From: Prasinococcaceae sp. CCMP 1430
Lineage: Eukaryota; Plantae; Prasinodermophyta
Direction of reading: 5' to 3'
Length of the DNA: 64,000 nt
Assembly: GCA_013416795.1 (NCBI GenBank)
Contig: RQSC01000062.1
Span: 99,861-163,860 of the forward strand
Made by a program: the position numbers and the translations under genes. Of this stretch, positions 45,032-56,750 are shown piece after piece; the first letter of the stretch is position 1; each line of letters starts with the position of its first letter. Under the pieces are notes generated by a model. It searched no databases. It had not been told where the DNA came from and saw nothing but the letters and a program-made list of their open reading frames with translations.

Positions 45032-46669
45032 GTGCGCGCGCGCGCGGTGGGGGTTACGCGCGGCGGCGGCGGAGAGGGAGGGGAGGGGGGGGAGGAGGAA
45101 TTCAACGCCGTGTTCGAGGGAGAGGTCTCAGCCGGCGCGCCGCTGCCTTTTCCATTTGTCGCTGCGGGCGGAGCGTTAGGTGCGTTCGGCGCAGTCTCAG
45201 GCCGCACGCCCGAACGCTACGACCCGGAGATCAATGCGGTCGTCGACGAGGAGGCGCCCCCGCCGAGCGCGTCGCCCGAGGCCGTGGCCACGGCACTTGA
45301 GTGGCTCAAGGCCGACGCACAGGCGCTGCTGTGCGTGCTGCGCCCGCGCCGAGCGTTTGGCGAGGAGGGTTTGGTCGAGCTCGGGGTGACTCTGACGAGC
45401 GACGCTGGCATCGCCGAGCTCAACGCTGAGTGGCGGGGCAAGCCCGCAGCGACCGACGTGCTGTCATTTCCGTGCGACCCCATGCCTGCTCCACCTGGCG
45501 AATGCGTGCCCATGGGCGACCTCGTCTTCTCGCTCGATACTGCCGAGAGGCAGGCTGCCGAGCGCGGCCACACCCTGCGCTGCGAACTGCGCATCTTGCT
45601 GCTGCACGGTATGCTCCATCTCGAAGGCATGGACCACGAGCTAGGCGAGGAGGAGGAGAGGGAGATGGCGGAAGAGGAGCAGAGATACATGGCCGAGCTC
45701 GGCTGGGACGGCACGGGGCTCATCGAGGCAATCGCTGCGCCTCTTGGCGGGGATGTGGGCACGCGCGCGGCGGATCGGATCAAGTTGCTCGCAATCGACA
45801 TGGACGGCACGCTGCTCGATGCGCAGAGCAAGGTTCGCCCCGCCGTGGCGGCATCCCTGCGCGCCGCGAAAGCTGCGGGCGTGGCCATTGCCATCGCCAC
45901 GGGCAAAGCCCGTCCGGCGGTGGAGCGTGCGCTCGCCGCTGCCGGCCTCGCTGGCGCCCACAACGTCCTGTCGGATGACAGCCCGGGTATTTTCCTGCAG
46001 GGCATCATCGTGCATGGCTCCGACGGCGAGGTCATCTCAGAGAGCAGCCTCGACGCGCAGGTTGCACGTGTAGCTCTCGAGTACGCCAGTAGGGAGGGCG
46101 TGCCTGCCGTGGCCTTCGTAGACAGGGAGCGCGCCGCCACCACGTCGGTACACCCGCGGGTCAAAGAGCTGCACGAAGTGTATTGGGAGCCTCAGGCGGA
46201 GGTCCACGGCTCCGTCGACGAGCTGCTCGCGGCATACGGCAGCGTGCACAAGGTGCTACTGATGGCAGACCCAGCGGACATCACCGGCACGATTCGCCCG
46301 CAAATTGAAGCGCTCCTTGGCGAGCAGCGCGCCACGGCCGATGCCGGCGGCGCACGAGCGGGGTCCGCAGGAGCGCAGGTCGTGCAGGCCGTCGCTGACA
46401 TGCTAGAGATAACGCCTGCAGGCGTGAACAAGGCCACCGCGCTTGCAGATCTCACCGCGTCGCTTGGCGTGTCCATGTCTGAGGTGGCTGCCATCGGGGA
46501 CGGCGACAACGACCTGGAGATGGTGCATGCCGCTGGCCTGGGCATCGCCATGGGCAACGCGAGGCCCGGCGTGCTGGCCGCCGCGGACGCCGTCGTGGCG
46601 TCCAATGACGAGGAAGGCGTCGCCGAGGCCATCGAGCGCTTCGTGCTCGCCCGAGAGCCGGCGAGCTGA
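45032..46669 (+). CDS. ybeY: YbeY endoribonuclease fused to a HAD/Cof hydrolase (plant plastid type); true start probably near 44872
   Basis: WRGKPAATDVLSF, MGDLVFS, HGMLHLEGMDHE; LLAIDMDGTLL, ATGKAR, AIGDGDNDLEM, AMGNA. Confidence 0.92.
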   Translation: MRARAVGVTRGGGGEGGEGGEEEFNAVFEGEVSAGAPLPFPFVAAGGALGAFGAVSGRTPERYDPEINAVVDEEAPPPSASPEAVATALEWLKADAQALLCVLRPRRAFGEEGLVELGVTLTSDAGIAELNAEWRGKPAATDVLSFPCDPMPAPPGECVPMGDLVFSLDTAERQAAERGHTLRCELRILLLHGMLHLEGMDHELGEEEEREMAEEEQRYMAELGWDGTGLIEAIAAPLGGDVGTRAADRIKLLAIDMDGTLLDAQSKVRPAVAASLRAAKAAGVAIAIATGKARPAVERALAAAGLAGAHNVLSDDSPGIFLQGIIVHGSDGEVISESSLDAQVARVALEYASREGVPAVAFVDRERAATTSVHPRVKELHEVYWEPQAEVHGSVDELLAAYGSVHKVLLMADPADITGTIRPQIEALLGEQRATADAGGARAGSAGAQVVQAVADMLEITPAGVNKATALADLTASLGVSMSEVAAIGDGDNDLEMVHAAGLGIAMGNARPGVLAAADAVVASNDEEGVAEAIERFVLAREPAS

Positions 46670-47018
46670 ATCGCGCATACTGTAATATAATTTTTCGGGG
46701 GCATTCCAAATTTCACCCGTGGTCATTGCTTGCGCCACACGCCGCGCGCACCGCGCGCCGACGCATTGGCAACACCTTGCCGGCGGACCGCGGACTGCAT
46801 CCCGGCGAGCGCGTACCGGGATCCGCTGTACGACGCGTCGCAGGGGCAGCGCTGCGCGCTGCGCTGCCGCTCCGCACCGAGGCGGCGGTGGCGCGTTGCA
46901 CCGTGTGCGAGCACGTGCGCATTTTCTTGTCCGTTGTGGATCCGTCCACTGTTGCTTTTTGGCCTTTATTATCCGCGCGACGAGCTGGGCCTGCTGTTGA
47001 CTCGCGCCAGCCGCGGCC

Positions 47019-48757
47019 ATGGCGCCCGTCGAGAGAAGGGCGGCGGGGCCGGGGGCGTCCCGGGGCGGGGGCCGCAGCGCCTGTCGTTCACGCGCGTCGC
47101 CACCATCCGCCGCGGACGGCAGCCTGCATCGATCCTCGCGGCCGCGGCAGGTTGCAGGCTCGCTCGCGGGCACTTCGCGTAACCCCGTTGCCGGTTCTTC
47201 GAGCACGGCAGGGCGCCCGCCGGCCTCTCCGGATGGCGCTGAGCAGGGCGCGGATAGTGCTCCGAGCGCCAATGCGACTGCGAAGCCTATGCCTGACGTC
47301 GACGTCACCAGTGAGCAGCATCGTGAGGGACTGCATGTCGTGTGCCGCGTGAAGCCACGTGCAGTGCGTGCGCCGGGCCAGGCGGAGAAAAAGAGTGGTC
47401 CAGGGACGGTGGCACTTGCGGAGGGATCACCACCGACTGCTGTGCGTGAAGTGATGACCGGCATCGAACACGAGTTCGAAGGAGTGTGCGGGGAGATGTC
47501 CACGCAAGAGGAGGTCTACGCTGCAGCCGGCGGTAGCTCCCTTGTGCAGCACGTGTTGGAGGGCGGGGCGGCGTCGCTCTTCGCCTATGGGCAGACGGGC
47601 AGCGGCAAGACCCACAGCATGATTGGCGTGCCGAGTGCGCAGCTTACGGCCGGCAGCGGTATCGTGCCGCGCGTCGCCAGCGCGCTGCTCGCCGCCTCCG
47701 ACACGGAGCAGACGGCATCGAGGACGCGGACTCGCGCGTCTCGCAAGGCGAGCAAGAACAAGGAGCGAGACCAGGCTGCATCACTCGTGATCCAGGCTGC
47801 CGAGCTTTACAACGAGCGCCTGTACGATCTGCTCGGTGGTGATGGCACCAAGCCTGACACGGGGGATGCCGCAGCTTCGCTCGTCGCCAGTCACAGCGCG
47901 GCCTCATGCGCAGAGCTCGGGGGTGCGGCCGTTGCCGTGGTGCGCTCCGCTGTGGATGCGTGCGCCAAAGTGGAGCAAGCGCTCGAAGCCCGCACAGTGG
48001 CCGCCACGGCGATGAACGCGGAGTCGTCGCGGTCGCACTGTATCATCGCCCTCACACCAGTCGTAGGTGCCAAGCCACTCGGGACCTTCATCCTGTGCGA
48101 TCTTGCAGGCTGCGAGAAGGCCAAACGCACCGGGGCAGAGGGAGCGAGCCTGGTCGAAGCGTACGTGACGCGGCGCAACTCACATGCTAATTCGCACCTT
48201 CTTCTTTGAAAAGATGCAGCGTTGGGCCGCCGAAGTGGTGAATGACTGAAAGCTGCTCTGCTCAGGAGTGTCGTTGACCTTTTCCGCGCGCTTCCTCCAA
48301 ATTCAGGTGCGCGATCAACCGCTCGCTGTCAGCGCTGGGCAACGTGGTCGCCGCCCTGGCGACTGGCAAACAGCACATTCCCTATCGTGACTCCAAGCTC
48401 ACCATGTTGCTGAAGAACGCGCTGGGTGGCGGTGCCAAGGCGTCGATGGTCATTTGCGTGAGCGCAGAGCAAGCCGATGCCGAAGAGACGCTTTCAACGC
48501 TGCGTTTTGGAGCGAGGGCGCGCGGCATCGTCAACACGCTCACTCCTGCACGCGGCACTGAATTGGACGCGAGTGCGCACGCGGCCGTCATTGCAGCCGA
48601 GGGTGCTCGGGAGCGCGCCGAGCGCGAGCTCGCGCTCGCTATCGACCGCGCTTCAAGCAAAACAGCGCTGAGAAAAGCCGTTGCACTGTCATCGGCCCTG
48701 CTGGCGGCTTGGAACCTCTCGCTAGCGTGGTACATGGTGCCAGAAATTCCAGCGTGA
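47019..48757 (+). CDS. Kinesin motor-domain protein with hydrophobic C-terminus; intron 48161-48306
   Basis: [63 protein letters not shown]. Confidence 0.9.
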
Positions 48758-49273
48758 AGACCTCCCGCTCGCTCACGTGCGAGGACAGAGGCCTCGTGCA
48801 CGAAGGACACAATTGACCGCGTTGCCACGAGGCGGCGCTGCTACAAACAATTCCAGCAATGGCGTCCTTCCGTCAGCACACAGTGCCTGACACTGATCAT
48901 CACGGAGCATCGGCGCAAAACGACACTCATGAATGCCAGAGACTACCTACAGACGAGGAGCGCTCTATTCCCCTCATACATGCATACAAACAAGACAAGT
49001 CCCTGCACGCCTCGTTGACATCCAACGCTGGACTCACACAAACAATAGACTAGTCATAACTCTCTGACCTCACCGCATGGCCGTGCCTCAGAGCGGCAAG
49101 TCCGGCCTGCAACCATGCGCGTGCGAGCATCCACGGCGACGATAGCGCCAGTCGGGGCCAGGCCGACGCTAAGCTAAATGTTGCCTTTATTTTTAAAGAA
49201 AAAAAAGAAGTTCGACATGAGGTCCCTCTCCTTGCTACTGTCTGTGCGTGTGCTTGAATGAAGGATGCCGGCG

Positions 49274-50359
49274 CTACCTCGCTGACTGTACCTTTCGGAC
49301 CGGGGCGTTCGTGCTCACCCCGCCCTTCACGTTGCGCTTGCCAGCAGGTGCGAACGCAGCGTCCGCGTCGTCGCTCTCCTTGGCCACGTCGCCGCGGCCT
49401 CTCATGCTATACGGCACGTACGGCTGCTGCGGCTCGGCGTCCACGGGCCCCTCACCCGACTTCTCGCTCATGCTGGCACTCATCACGTGGTCAGCGTTGG
49501 TATCATCGCCAGACACAGCATCGGAACCCTTCTCGGAGGTTGCCTCCTCCTCCTCCGCCTCACCACCCAACCCGCCGAGGAAGTGGTTTGTGCGATTCTT
49601 GAACCTGTGTAGCCACTCCCTGGCCTTGTCAATTTGACCGGCGTCGCGCATGCGAATGTACAGGAGCACGCCGCCAGCAGCGATCGCCGACGCGGCACCC
49701 GCGCAGCCCGCCAGGAAGGCGAGGTTCGCGCCGCGCGAGCGGTGACCGTTGGCGTCGCGGCCGCGCGCAGGAGGACGCCTCGCGTCACGCAGTGGCGCCC
49801 ACGAGTCCACAGCGCCGCCGCTCCGCGCGAGCGCGTCGAGGCGCCACTGCGCGCCCTGAAGGCCGTGCGCGTCGATGAGGTCGCGCACGGTCTGCGCCAG
49901 CTCGTGACGCTGCGCCTCAATGTCACGTTGCGCGAGCGCCTCCACGCCTGTCACGCCCATGCCACTGCTCAGCCCCCTCGCACGGGCCAGCAGCCCCAGC
50001 GAGTCGTCCTCTCTCGTCCCCTTCTTGCCACTCCCGCCCGCCTTGCCACTCCGCTCGCGCAGCTCTTCCCTCGCGGCGCTGTTCGCGGCGGCCTCTTGCT
50101 CGATAGAGAGCTGTTCCTTGCGCAGCTTCGAGCGCTCCAGCGAGAGGCGTTGCGCCTGCTCCTCGAGCTTCTCCGCCTCGTGGCACAGCCTGGCCGTCTC
50201 AAGACGCTGCAGCGCGCGCGTGCGCGCCATCGCCACCGCCATGCCGTCGTCCTCGAGGAGGTCAACCTCCGCCGCCGAGCCGCGGACGTCCGAGGGCTCG
50301 CCACCATCGGTGGCCCCTTCGGCCGCCCCGGCGTCCGCCCCCTTCTTGGCGCGTCCCAT
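49274..50359 (-). CDS. Hypothetical coiled-coil + single-TM protein
   Basis: Intact 361-aa ORF; coiled coil EAEKLEEQAQRLSLERSKL; TM LAFLAGCAGAASAIAAGGVLLYI. Confidence 0.65.
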   Translation of the reverse strand: MGRAKKGADAGAAEGATDGGEPSDVRGSAAEVDLLEDDGMAVAMARTRALQRLETARLCHEAEKLEEQAQRLSLERSKLRKEQLSIEQEAAANSAAREELRERSGKAGGSGKKGTREDDSLGLLARARGLSSGMGVTGVEALAQRDIEAQRHELAQTVRDLIDAHGLQGAQWRLDALARSGGAVDSWAPLRDARRPPARGRDANGHRSRGANLAFLAGCAGAASAIAAGGVLLYIRMRDAGQIDKAREWLHRFKNRTNHFLGGLGGEAEEEEATSEKGSDAVSGDDTNADHVMSASMSEKSGEGPVDAEPQQPYVPYSMRGRGDVAKESDDADAAFAPAGKRNVKGGVSTNAPVRKVQSAR

Positions 50360-50992
50360 CGCAGCCGCCCCCGAGCCACCGGCCGGTGGCCGCGCGCGCG
50401 CCCCGCACTGCGCAGCGCGCGCGCGCGCGTACGGAGCGCGCGCGCGCGCATGCGAAACGACCTGCGCCCCAAGCGCTCAAACTGCGCGCGCGCGCTCGGC
50501 AGGCCCTCCGCGCGTGGGCGGTGCGCAGCCAACCCAAGAGTGTCAACAACAGTCAATCAATCAATCAATCAAAATCAATCGCCAACCAATCCCCACGATC
50601 GACTGAACCTTTTCGATCGATGCGACAAGAATCTGAAACGCGACCCGCCATCGGAAGGCGGGTTTTGATGGGCGGTCGCGGGGGAGATTTTTTGTTGGCC
50701 ACGGAGGAAGGACAGGCGGGCGGGGCGACGGGCGGGGGTCGCCTCGCTCGTCGTCGTGGCTGCCCGGCGAACGATTCGGATCCGGGGTGGCGAGCTGTCG
50801 GCCCGTGCGCCACTTGTTTGTTGCAGGGTGGTTCGGATCGAATCCCGCGAATCGAGGGGGACGTGACAAAGCCAGCAGTGATGATGATGAGAGTCGCGCT
50901 TTACGGACAGGGGCAGTCCGTGGAACTCCGTGCCGCGGCGCGTGCCACAAACCAAGACTGCTCAACTGGGACAGCGCTGCTCTGCCTAAAAT

Positions 50993-51001
50993 AAACCCTA
51001 A
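50993..51001 (+). promoter_or_regulatory. Telo-box (AAACCCTAA)
   Basis: Exact motif in an AT-rich patch. Confidence 0.35.
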
Positions 51002-51084
51002 TAATAGTCTGAACCTGAAATGCGCGCGCGCGGCGTCGCCAGCGGCCGCGCGGGTTGGGGGGCGGGGGGATGCGCGCGTCGCAC

Positions 51085-51209
51085 CCCCATGTGACGGTGA
51101 CGCTCTCGTAGTCCCAGTACTCCTTGGGGCGCGTCACGTTGACGTCTGCGAACACGCGCGCGCGCGACTGCACCACGTCGCGGCGGATGGCCTTGCCGAT
51201 GCGCTGCAT
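51085..51209 (-). pseudogene. CKA: Orphan first exon of casein kinase II alpha; remaining exons not found in the window
   Basis: [42 protein letters not shown] followed by a GTGCG donor; matches the CK2-alpha N-terminal signature. Confidence 0.75.
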
Positions 51210-51290
51210 CGCTGCGGCGGCGCGTCGCTCGCGGGGCGAGCGGATGTGCGTGCCCTGCTCGCCGTACTCCTCGAGGCGCCTGGTAGGCCG

Positions 51291-53537
51291 ATGGAGCGCA
51301 TGCAGCTGGCGGAGAGCGCCGAGGCCGCCGGAGACGCGGCGGCCGCTCATGCGCACTACACAGCGGCCGCCGCAGACCTCGCGGCGGCGGGCGACGAGGG
51401 AGCTGCAGAGGCCGCGCGCCAGCGCGCGGCGGCGCTGGCACCGCTGCGCGCGCACGAGCAGGAGCTGGCCGCAGAAGATGCCGTCACCAGGCACGACATG
51501 TACCAGGTCATCGCCCAGTACATCAAGGCAGGCGGCAAGCCGCAGCGAGCGATCTCGCTGCTCGCCGACGGCTTTCGCGGCCACGCGGCGATGGTGGAGC
51601 TGATGGCCACGTGGCTCGCGGAGGCATCGGCCGACGATTCGCGCGCGAGCGGCGACATCGAGGCCGCCGCGGGGGGGGGTACGCCCAAGGCCTCGGCCGC
51701 CGGCCGCAGGGGGCGAGGGTCGTTTGGCTCGGCGAACAGGAGCGACCCTTTGGCGGAGAACGCCGATGAGGTGTCCGCCGGGGCGAATGCTGGCGCCGCG
51801 GTTCTCGACACCAAGGACGCCGTGCTCTCCGAGCTGCTGTCAAACCTGATCCGCGAGCGCTTCGACGGAAAGGCCGCCGACCGCATATTCGAGCAGCAAC
51901 GCAAGCTTCCAGAGTGGTTTGACGGCCTCGTCGCGAATGAGTCGACGCGTCGCCTGCTCTACTCTCTCTCCGACGAGCACAGGTCGTGCATGCTGCTCGA
52001 GCTTGCCATCAATGCGGCGTGGAAACGCGGGGGCTGCGCGGCGGAGATCGCTCGCGTGCGCGCCGCCGCCGAGCTCTTCCCGGTGATCAGCGGGGTGCTC
52101 GTGGAGAGGCTCGTCGCTGCGGCGCGGCAGGGGCATGTCGCGGCGCAGGCGACAGCGGCGGTCAGTGATTTCCTCGCAGCGGCGTGCCACTCAGAGGCCA
52201 CGTACTGCTACGCGCAGATGCTGCTGGCGAGGCTCGAGGGTGGCGGCGATGACGCGAGCACACAAGCAGTCCGGGGGGTGGCAAAGGGCCTCAGCGCGCG
52301 CCTCGAGCAGGAGGCGGTGACGCGCCACGGCTCGTACGTCTTCCTGCTTTCGCCGCTGCTGACGGACGCACCGTGGCGCACGGTAGCGATGACGTTGGCT
52401 AGGCTGCTAGCGCGTGGGCGGCCGCCTACGCGGCGCCAGGCCGAGGAACTTCTGCGCATGTTCGACGGCGACGCAGCCAAGGCCGCGAACAACCCCGCCA
52501 GCGTGGGCGTCCACGTGTACGGATACGCAGACCCCGACGTGAGCATGCCAGGCGGAGAGACCCCCGCGATCGGATACCCGCCGCCGGCGATGCTCGCGAG
52601 GCCACGGGCGCGCAGGCTGCTGCTCGAGCCCCTGTTCTCGTATGGCGAGCGCCCCGATGCCGCGTACAAGGAGGCGCTCATGAGACTTCTTGCCATCGGG
52701 TCTGCCGCGCGTGAGGGCGGTGCGGGGACCGCGGGGAGCACTGAGGCTGGGCAGACAGGCGGCGCGGGTGGGGGCGACGCTCAGAGCGACGCCGTCGAGC
52801 GGGCTTCTGCTGCTCTGATGGCGGCCCTCGAGGCCCTCGCTGTCGCCGAGTCAGCGGCAGCTGCCGGTGCCGACGAGCTGAAGTGGGGAGAGCTTTGCGC
52901 AATAGCAGCTGCCGCGGAGGGCGTGCTGGTGCGCTGCCGCGGAGCGTTCGGCAGCAAGGATTTCTACCTCGGCGTGTCGCACCGACGCGCCATGCCGCGC
53001 CTTTTGGCCGCGTGCGTCGCCGCTGCTGCAGCGCACCCTTCCCTGCGAGGCGAGGCGCTGTCGACCGTCATGGTGGCAATGCGCATGCAGCGCGAGTTCG
53101 TTGTGGGCGACGAGGAGATCGTGCTGGATATTGACCTGTCGATGCGCGCAAAGAAACAAGCGCTTGAGGCGCTGGTAAAGTTGGCCGTGATGGGCCACGC
53201 GGGCGCGGTGATGCGAGCGGTCTCCGAGTGGATGAGCCATCCGGGCGAGGGCGGCGCCGACCCGTCACTACTCAGGCACTTCATGTCGCAGCTCCTGGCT
53301 GCGGCGGCACCGCCGTACGCGCTGCCCTTCGTGCGTGCAGCACTGCAGATGGCGGAGCGCGCGGGCCTGGCGTCGCACGAGGCCGCCCTGCGGCCGTCTG
53401 ATGGCGCCCATCCCCTCGCGGCGGAAGGCCTCAGCGAACTCATGGACACCGCCGCACGGCTGCCCGCGGACGCGCTCACCATCGCCGAGAGGGACACCGC
53501 CCGGCAATTGAGGAACACGCTCAGAGCGCTCGAGTGA
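51291..53537 (+). CDS. NELFCD: Negative elongation factor C/D (TH1)-like protein
   Basis: [78 protein letters not shown] parallel the TH1 motifs as I recall them. Confidence 0.8.
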   Translation: MERMQLAESAEAAGDAAAAHAHYTAAAADLAAAGDEGAAEAARQRAAALAPLRAHEQELAAEDAVTRHDMYQVIAQYIKAGGKPQRAISLLADGFRGHAAMVELMATWLAEASADDSRASGDIEAAAGGGTPKASAAGRRGRGSFGSANRSDPLAENADEVSAGANAGAAVLDTKDAVLSELLSNLIRERFDGKAADRIFEQQRKLPEWFDGLVANESTRRLLYSLSDEHRSCMLLELAINAAWKRGGCAAEIARVRAAAELFPVISGVLVERLVAAARQGHVAAQATAAVSDFLAAACHSEATYCYAQMLLARLEGGGDDASTQAVRGVAKGLSARLEQEAVTRHGSYVFLLSPLLTDAPWRTVAMTLARLLARGRPPTRRQAEELLRMFDGDAAKAANNPASVGVHVYGYADPDVSMPGGETPAIGYPPPAMLARPRARRLLLEPLFSYGERPDAAYKEALMRLLAIGSAAREGGAGTAGSTEAGQTGGAGGGDAQSDAVERASAALMAALEALAVAESAAAAGADELKWGELCAIAAAAEGVLVRCRGAFGSKDFYLGVSHRRAMPRLLAACVAAAAAHPSLRGEALSTVMVAMRMQREFVVGDEEIVLDIDLSMRAKKQALEALVKLAVMGHAGAVMRAVSEWMSHPGEGGADPSLLRHFMSQLLAAAAPPYALPFVRAALQMAERAGLASHEAALRPSDGAHPLAAEGLSELMDTAARLPADALTIAERDTARQLRNTLRALE

Positions 53538-53982
53538 ACCGCGTAAAGTTTGCCCACGAGCCACGAGGAGCGGCACGCAGAGCTTCCCCCCATTCAACCC
53601 AGCGCGCTCTGCCCACGAGCGCCCGGGGCACGAGAGGTGTGCAGGACTCCAGTAGTGTCTGCGCCTGCCATCGATGGTAGGCGATTGGCAAACGACGGAA
53701 AGATTTTGCGCCCGCGCATCAAACTGCAAAGTATACATGCATTCGGATTGCGTCCGCATTTGACCGGTGAACAAGCGCGGGCGAGCGTGCCAGTCGGCGC
53801 GCGGCGCACCGCACTGCCTCACTCCACTGGCGAGCGCCCCCCCCTACCCAACACCCTCCCCGCCTCACGCGCGTGCGCTGGGGTGGTACTGTGTGCGTGG
53901 GGGGGGGTGACGGGAGAGCCTACGCTGGGACACTCGGCGTCGCGTGGCGCGGCGCGCCCCGGCCGCGGCGCGACCGTTGGCC

Positions 53983-55304
53983 ATGTCCGGCACGACGTTC
54001 CTGACTGAGGTGGGGGGGCAGTATGAGGACAATGAGCGCCTCGCCGTCACGTCGACGTCGCAGTCGACGTTGCTATTGCAGAAGAAAAAGAAGATGAAGG
54101 AGGTGGGTGCGCGCGTCTCGCGCCTGCCTGCGCACTGCGCGCGGGGCGGGTACGCGAACAGGACGCTGCGGGTGGCCTCAAAGACAAAAATGCCCAGGAA
54201 AAAAGCCTGCTACGCGCGCGCGACGCTGCGACGCTGCTGGCATTGCCCCAGCGTCGGCGGCCGCAATGGCGCCTCGCCCGGCCCGATTGGCAAGCGCGCG
54301 CCCTTCGACGATAGACACCGCCACTCCCACCTCGCCGTGCGGGGCACTTTCAGCGCGGGGCTTGCCCCGTCGGGCACCCGCTGCTGCCCAGTGCGCGCGC
54401 GCGCACGTTCGGTCCGCGCACAACAGAAAAAAAATCGCTGGCGCGTGCTGCACATGCCCAGCGCTGACGCGCGCGTGGCCCCGCGGCTGGCGCCCGCGTG
54501 CACGCCAACCAGGTGCAAGCCGAGCTCGACAGGAAGAAATGCGAGTACGAGACGCGCATGCGCGCGTGTCGTGAGAAGGAGGATGCACTCGCGGCGCGGC
54601 AGGAGCGCATTCGCGACTCGGTCGTCAAATTCGAGAAGTTCGTGAGCGACAACGACGGCAAGCACGGGCGTGCTGTCAAGAAGGAGCGCGACGAGGCGAA
54701 AGCACGGCACCAGAAAGAGGCCGAGATCGTCGCTCTCAAGCAACAAATACAGGAGCTCACTCTCCAGAAAGTGGACTACGAGGGGTTGCTCTCCAAGCTG
54801 CGGGTGTACGAACAGTACCTTGAGGAGGTCGTGATGGGCGAGCAGGAGGAGTGGCATGAGGCGAACGACTTGCTCATGCGACATGCGACGCTCACCGCCA
54901 CAAACGCGGACCTGAAGGCGATGGTGAGAACGCAAGATGATGCCACGGAGTCTATGCGCTCACAGTTGGCGTCGTACACCAAGGAGGCAGAGGACCGCAT
55001 CCTTATTCAGACGTCGAACATTGGGCACGAGCAGAAGCGCATGGAGCGCCTCAAGAACGTCTCCGACAAGCACGAGGGCGTCGTGCAGGCGCGCAAGTCC
55101 AAGCACATTGAGGCACGCCGCGTGCTGGGTGAGGCCAAGATGGCCATACAGAACATCTTCGCACGCTGCCGCAAGCAGCAGCAGCCGCAGGGGCGTAACC
55201 TGACGGACGTCTCCAGGCTCGACGTCATCATGCGGAGGCTCACGGACCTGCAGTACGTCGTCACCAAAGGCTCGGAGCAAAGTAGGGCGCAAGCCAGGCA
55301 TTGA
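53983..55304 (+). CDS. CCDC42/CFAP73 (DUF4200) flagella-associated coiled-coil protein; intron 54103-54512
   Basis: STLLLQKKKKMKE|VQAELDRKK..RIRDSVVKFEKFVSDNDGK..YEQYLEEV. Confidence 0.8.
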
Positions 55305-55381
55305 CGCGGGCACGTGTGCGTGTATTATAATTGTGTACATTGACAGGATTCCTTGTGCAGTACAACGCCGCTGCACGCTAG

Positions 55382-55759
55382 TCACACCACGAACATGATG
55401 TCATCGCTTAGGGGCTTGCACGCGGCTGCAAACGGCATAGGGGGAACGCTCGCATCCGCAGGTGGTGCGTCATCTGCCCCGCTCACGCTCGTGGCTCGTC
55501 CATGCGCCAGCACATCCGCCCCCTCTGGTGTCTGCGCGCCGCCAAGCGCGTCGGCCATCTCGGCATCCGCCTCAGCGCGCCTTCGGAGTGTAAGCGCGAG
55601 CGCGCGCTCAAGCGCTGCCACTGCAGCATCAACGCTCCCGTCATCCTTTTCAGGCAGTCCTTCATGCCCACCTTCGCAATCCCAGTCCCGGGTACGATCC
55701 GATTGCTCTTGCTCCTGTCCCTGCCAATGTTGCTGCTGCTGCAAGCGTGACTGCCGCGC

Positions 55760-55848
<89 letters not shown>

Positions 55849-56506
55849 CACGCGCCTCCCGCCCTTGCGTGTGGGCCCAGGCCTCGTCTTGGCGGGTGGG
55901 AACCATCGAGATGTTTCGTAGTTGCGGCGTGATCCCCCTCCAGCGTGGGCTGGGCTGCGAAATGTACACACGTAGCGCGGCGATGCGCTCGGGCTCGTCG
56001 CCTGCTCCACCCCTGCTTGCGGCAGCAGCGGCGCCGCTCAGCGCGAGCGAGTGGCGCGCTTGCGCGTCGTTTTCAAGGTGCGCATCGGCCATGAGCTGAT
56101 GGTCGCTCAAGATAGTCACCCAGCGGGCTTTGAGCACTGGTAGCGCATCACCGTCCGCGCGCGTTTTGTCCTTGCCTGCTGAGGCCGCCCCGTTGGCCAA
56201 GCGCGCACTCATGCGTACAATGCGCGCCTTGACGGTGATGGTCGCGACATAGTGGTTGTCGAATCGGAGTGACGTCGCGCAGAGCGTCACGAGCGATACG
56301 CCCGAGGCCGCGCTCGCGCCTCCAGAGCGTTCGCGCTCCGACAGCAGCACGTCGTGCCACGAACGGCACGGCCGCCAGCTCGCTGCGTGCCGCACCTGGG
56401 ACGCAGTCGACTCGACCGCGAGCGATGCCGCGGCGCCCCCGCCCATCCCGGCCGCGCGCCGCGGCCTGCCCGCGTGTCCGCCGGCGCCCCCTTGCGGCGT
56501 CCTCAT
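55382..56506 (-). CDS. Hypothetical protein with a 29-residue polyQ tract
   Basis: 374-aa ORF; no family recognised. Confidence 0.5.
55761..55847. repeat. (CAG/CTG) trinucleotide microsatellite, about 29 units
   Basis: Directly visible. Confidence 0.95.
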
Positions 56507-56750
56507 CGGCTCAACTTGGGCTCCCGCACCAGACTAGCCCAGCAGGAGCGCTCAGGGTGTGGCATGCCCCTCGCATGCACGCGCCAACCCACTCCTACCC
56601 CTCTGCAGTGTAAGTGTGGGCAGTCTACCCGAGCGCTGTGGGTCTCGATGTCATCAACGCGAACCCGAACAGCAATTTTTTATGGGGGTTTCACAGGGTT
56701 CATGTTTGCACGCGCAGCGCGCGCAGCGTTGCGCCAATGCGCAATGGCGC

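Noticed and set aside
45032-46669. YbeY-HAD fusion as a novel architecture
   Set aside because: Already known for plant plastid YbeY.
50360-51084. CK2-alpha continuation hidden as complement-only or reversed sequence
   Set aside because: Reading the + strand backwards over about 50750-51085 gave no CK2 motifs.
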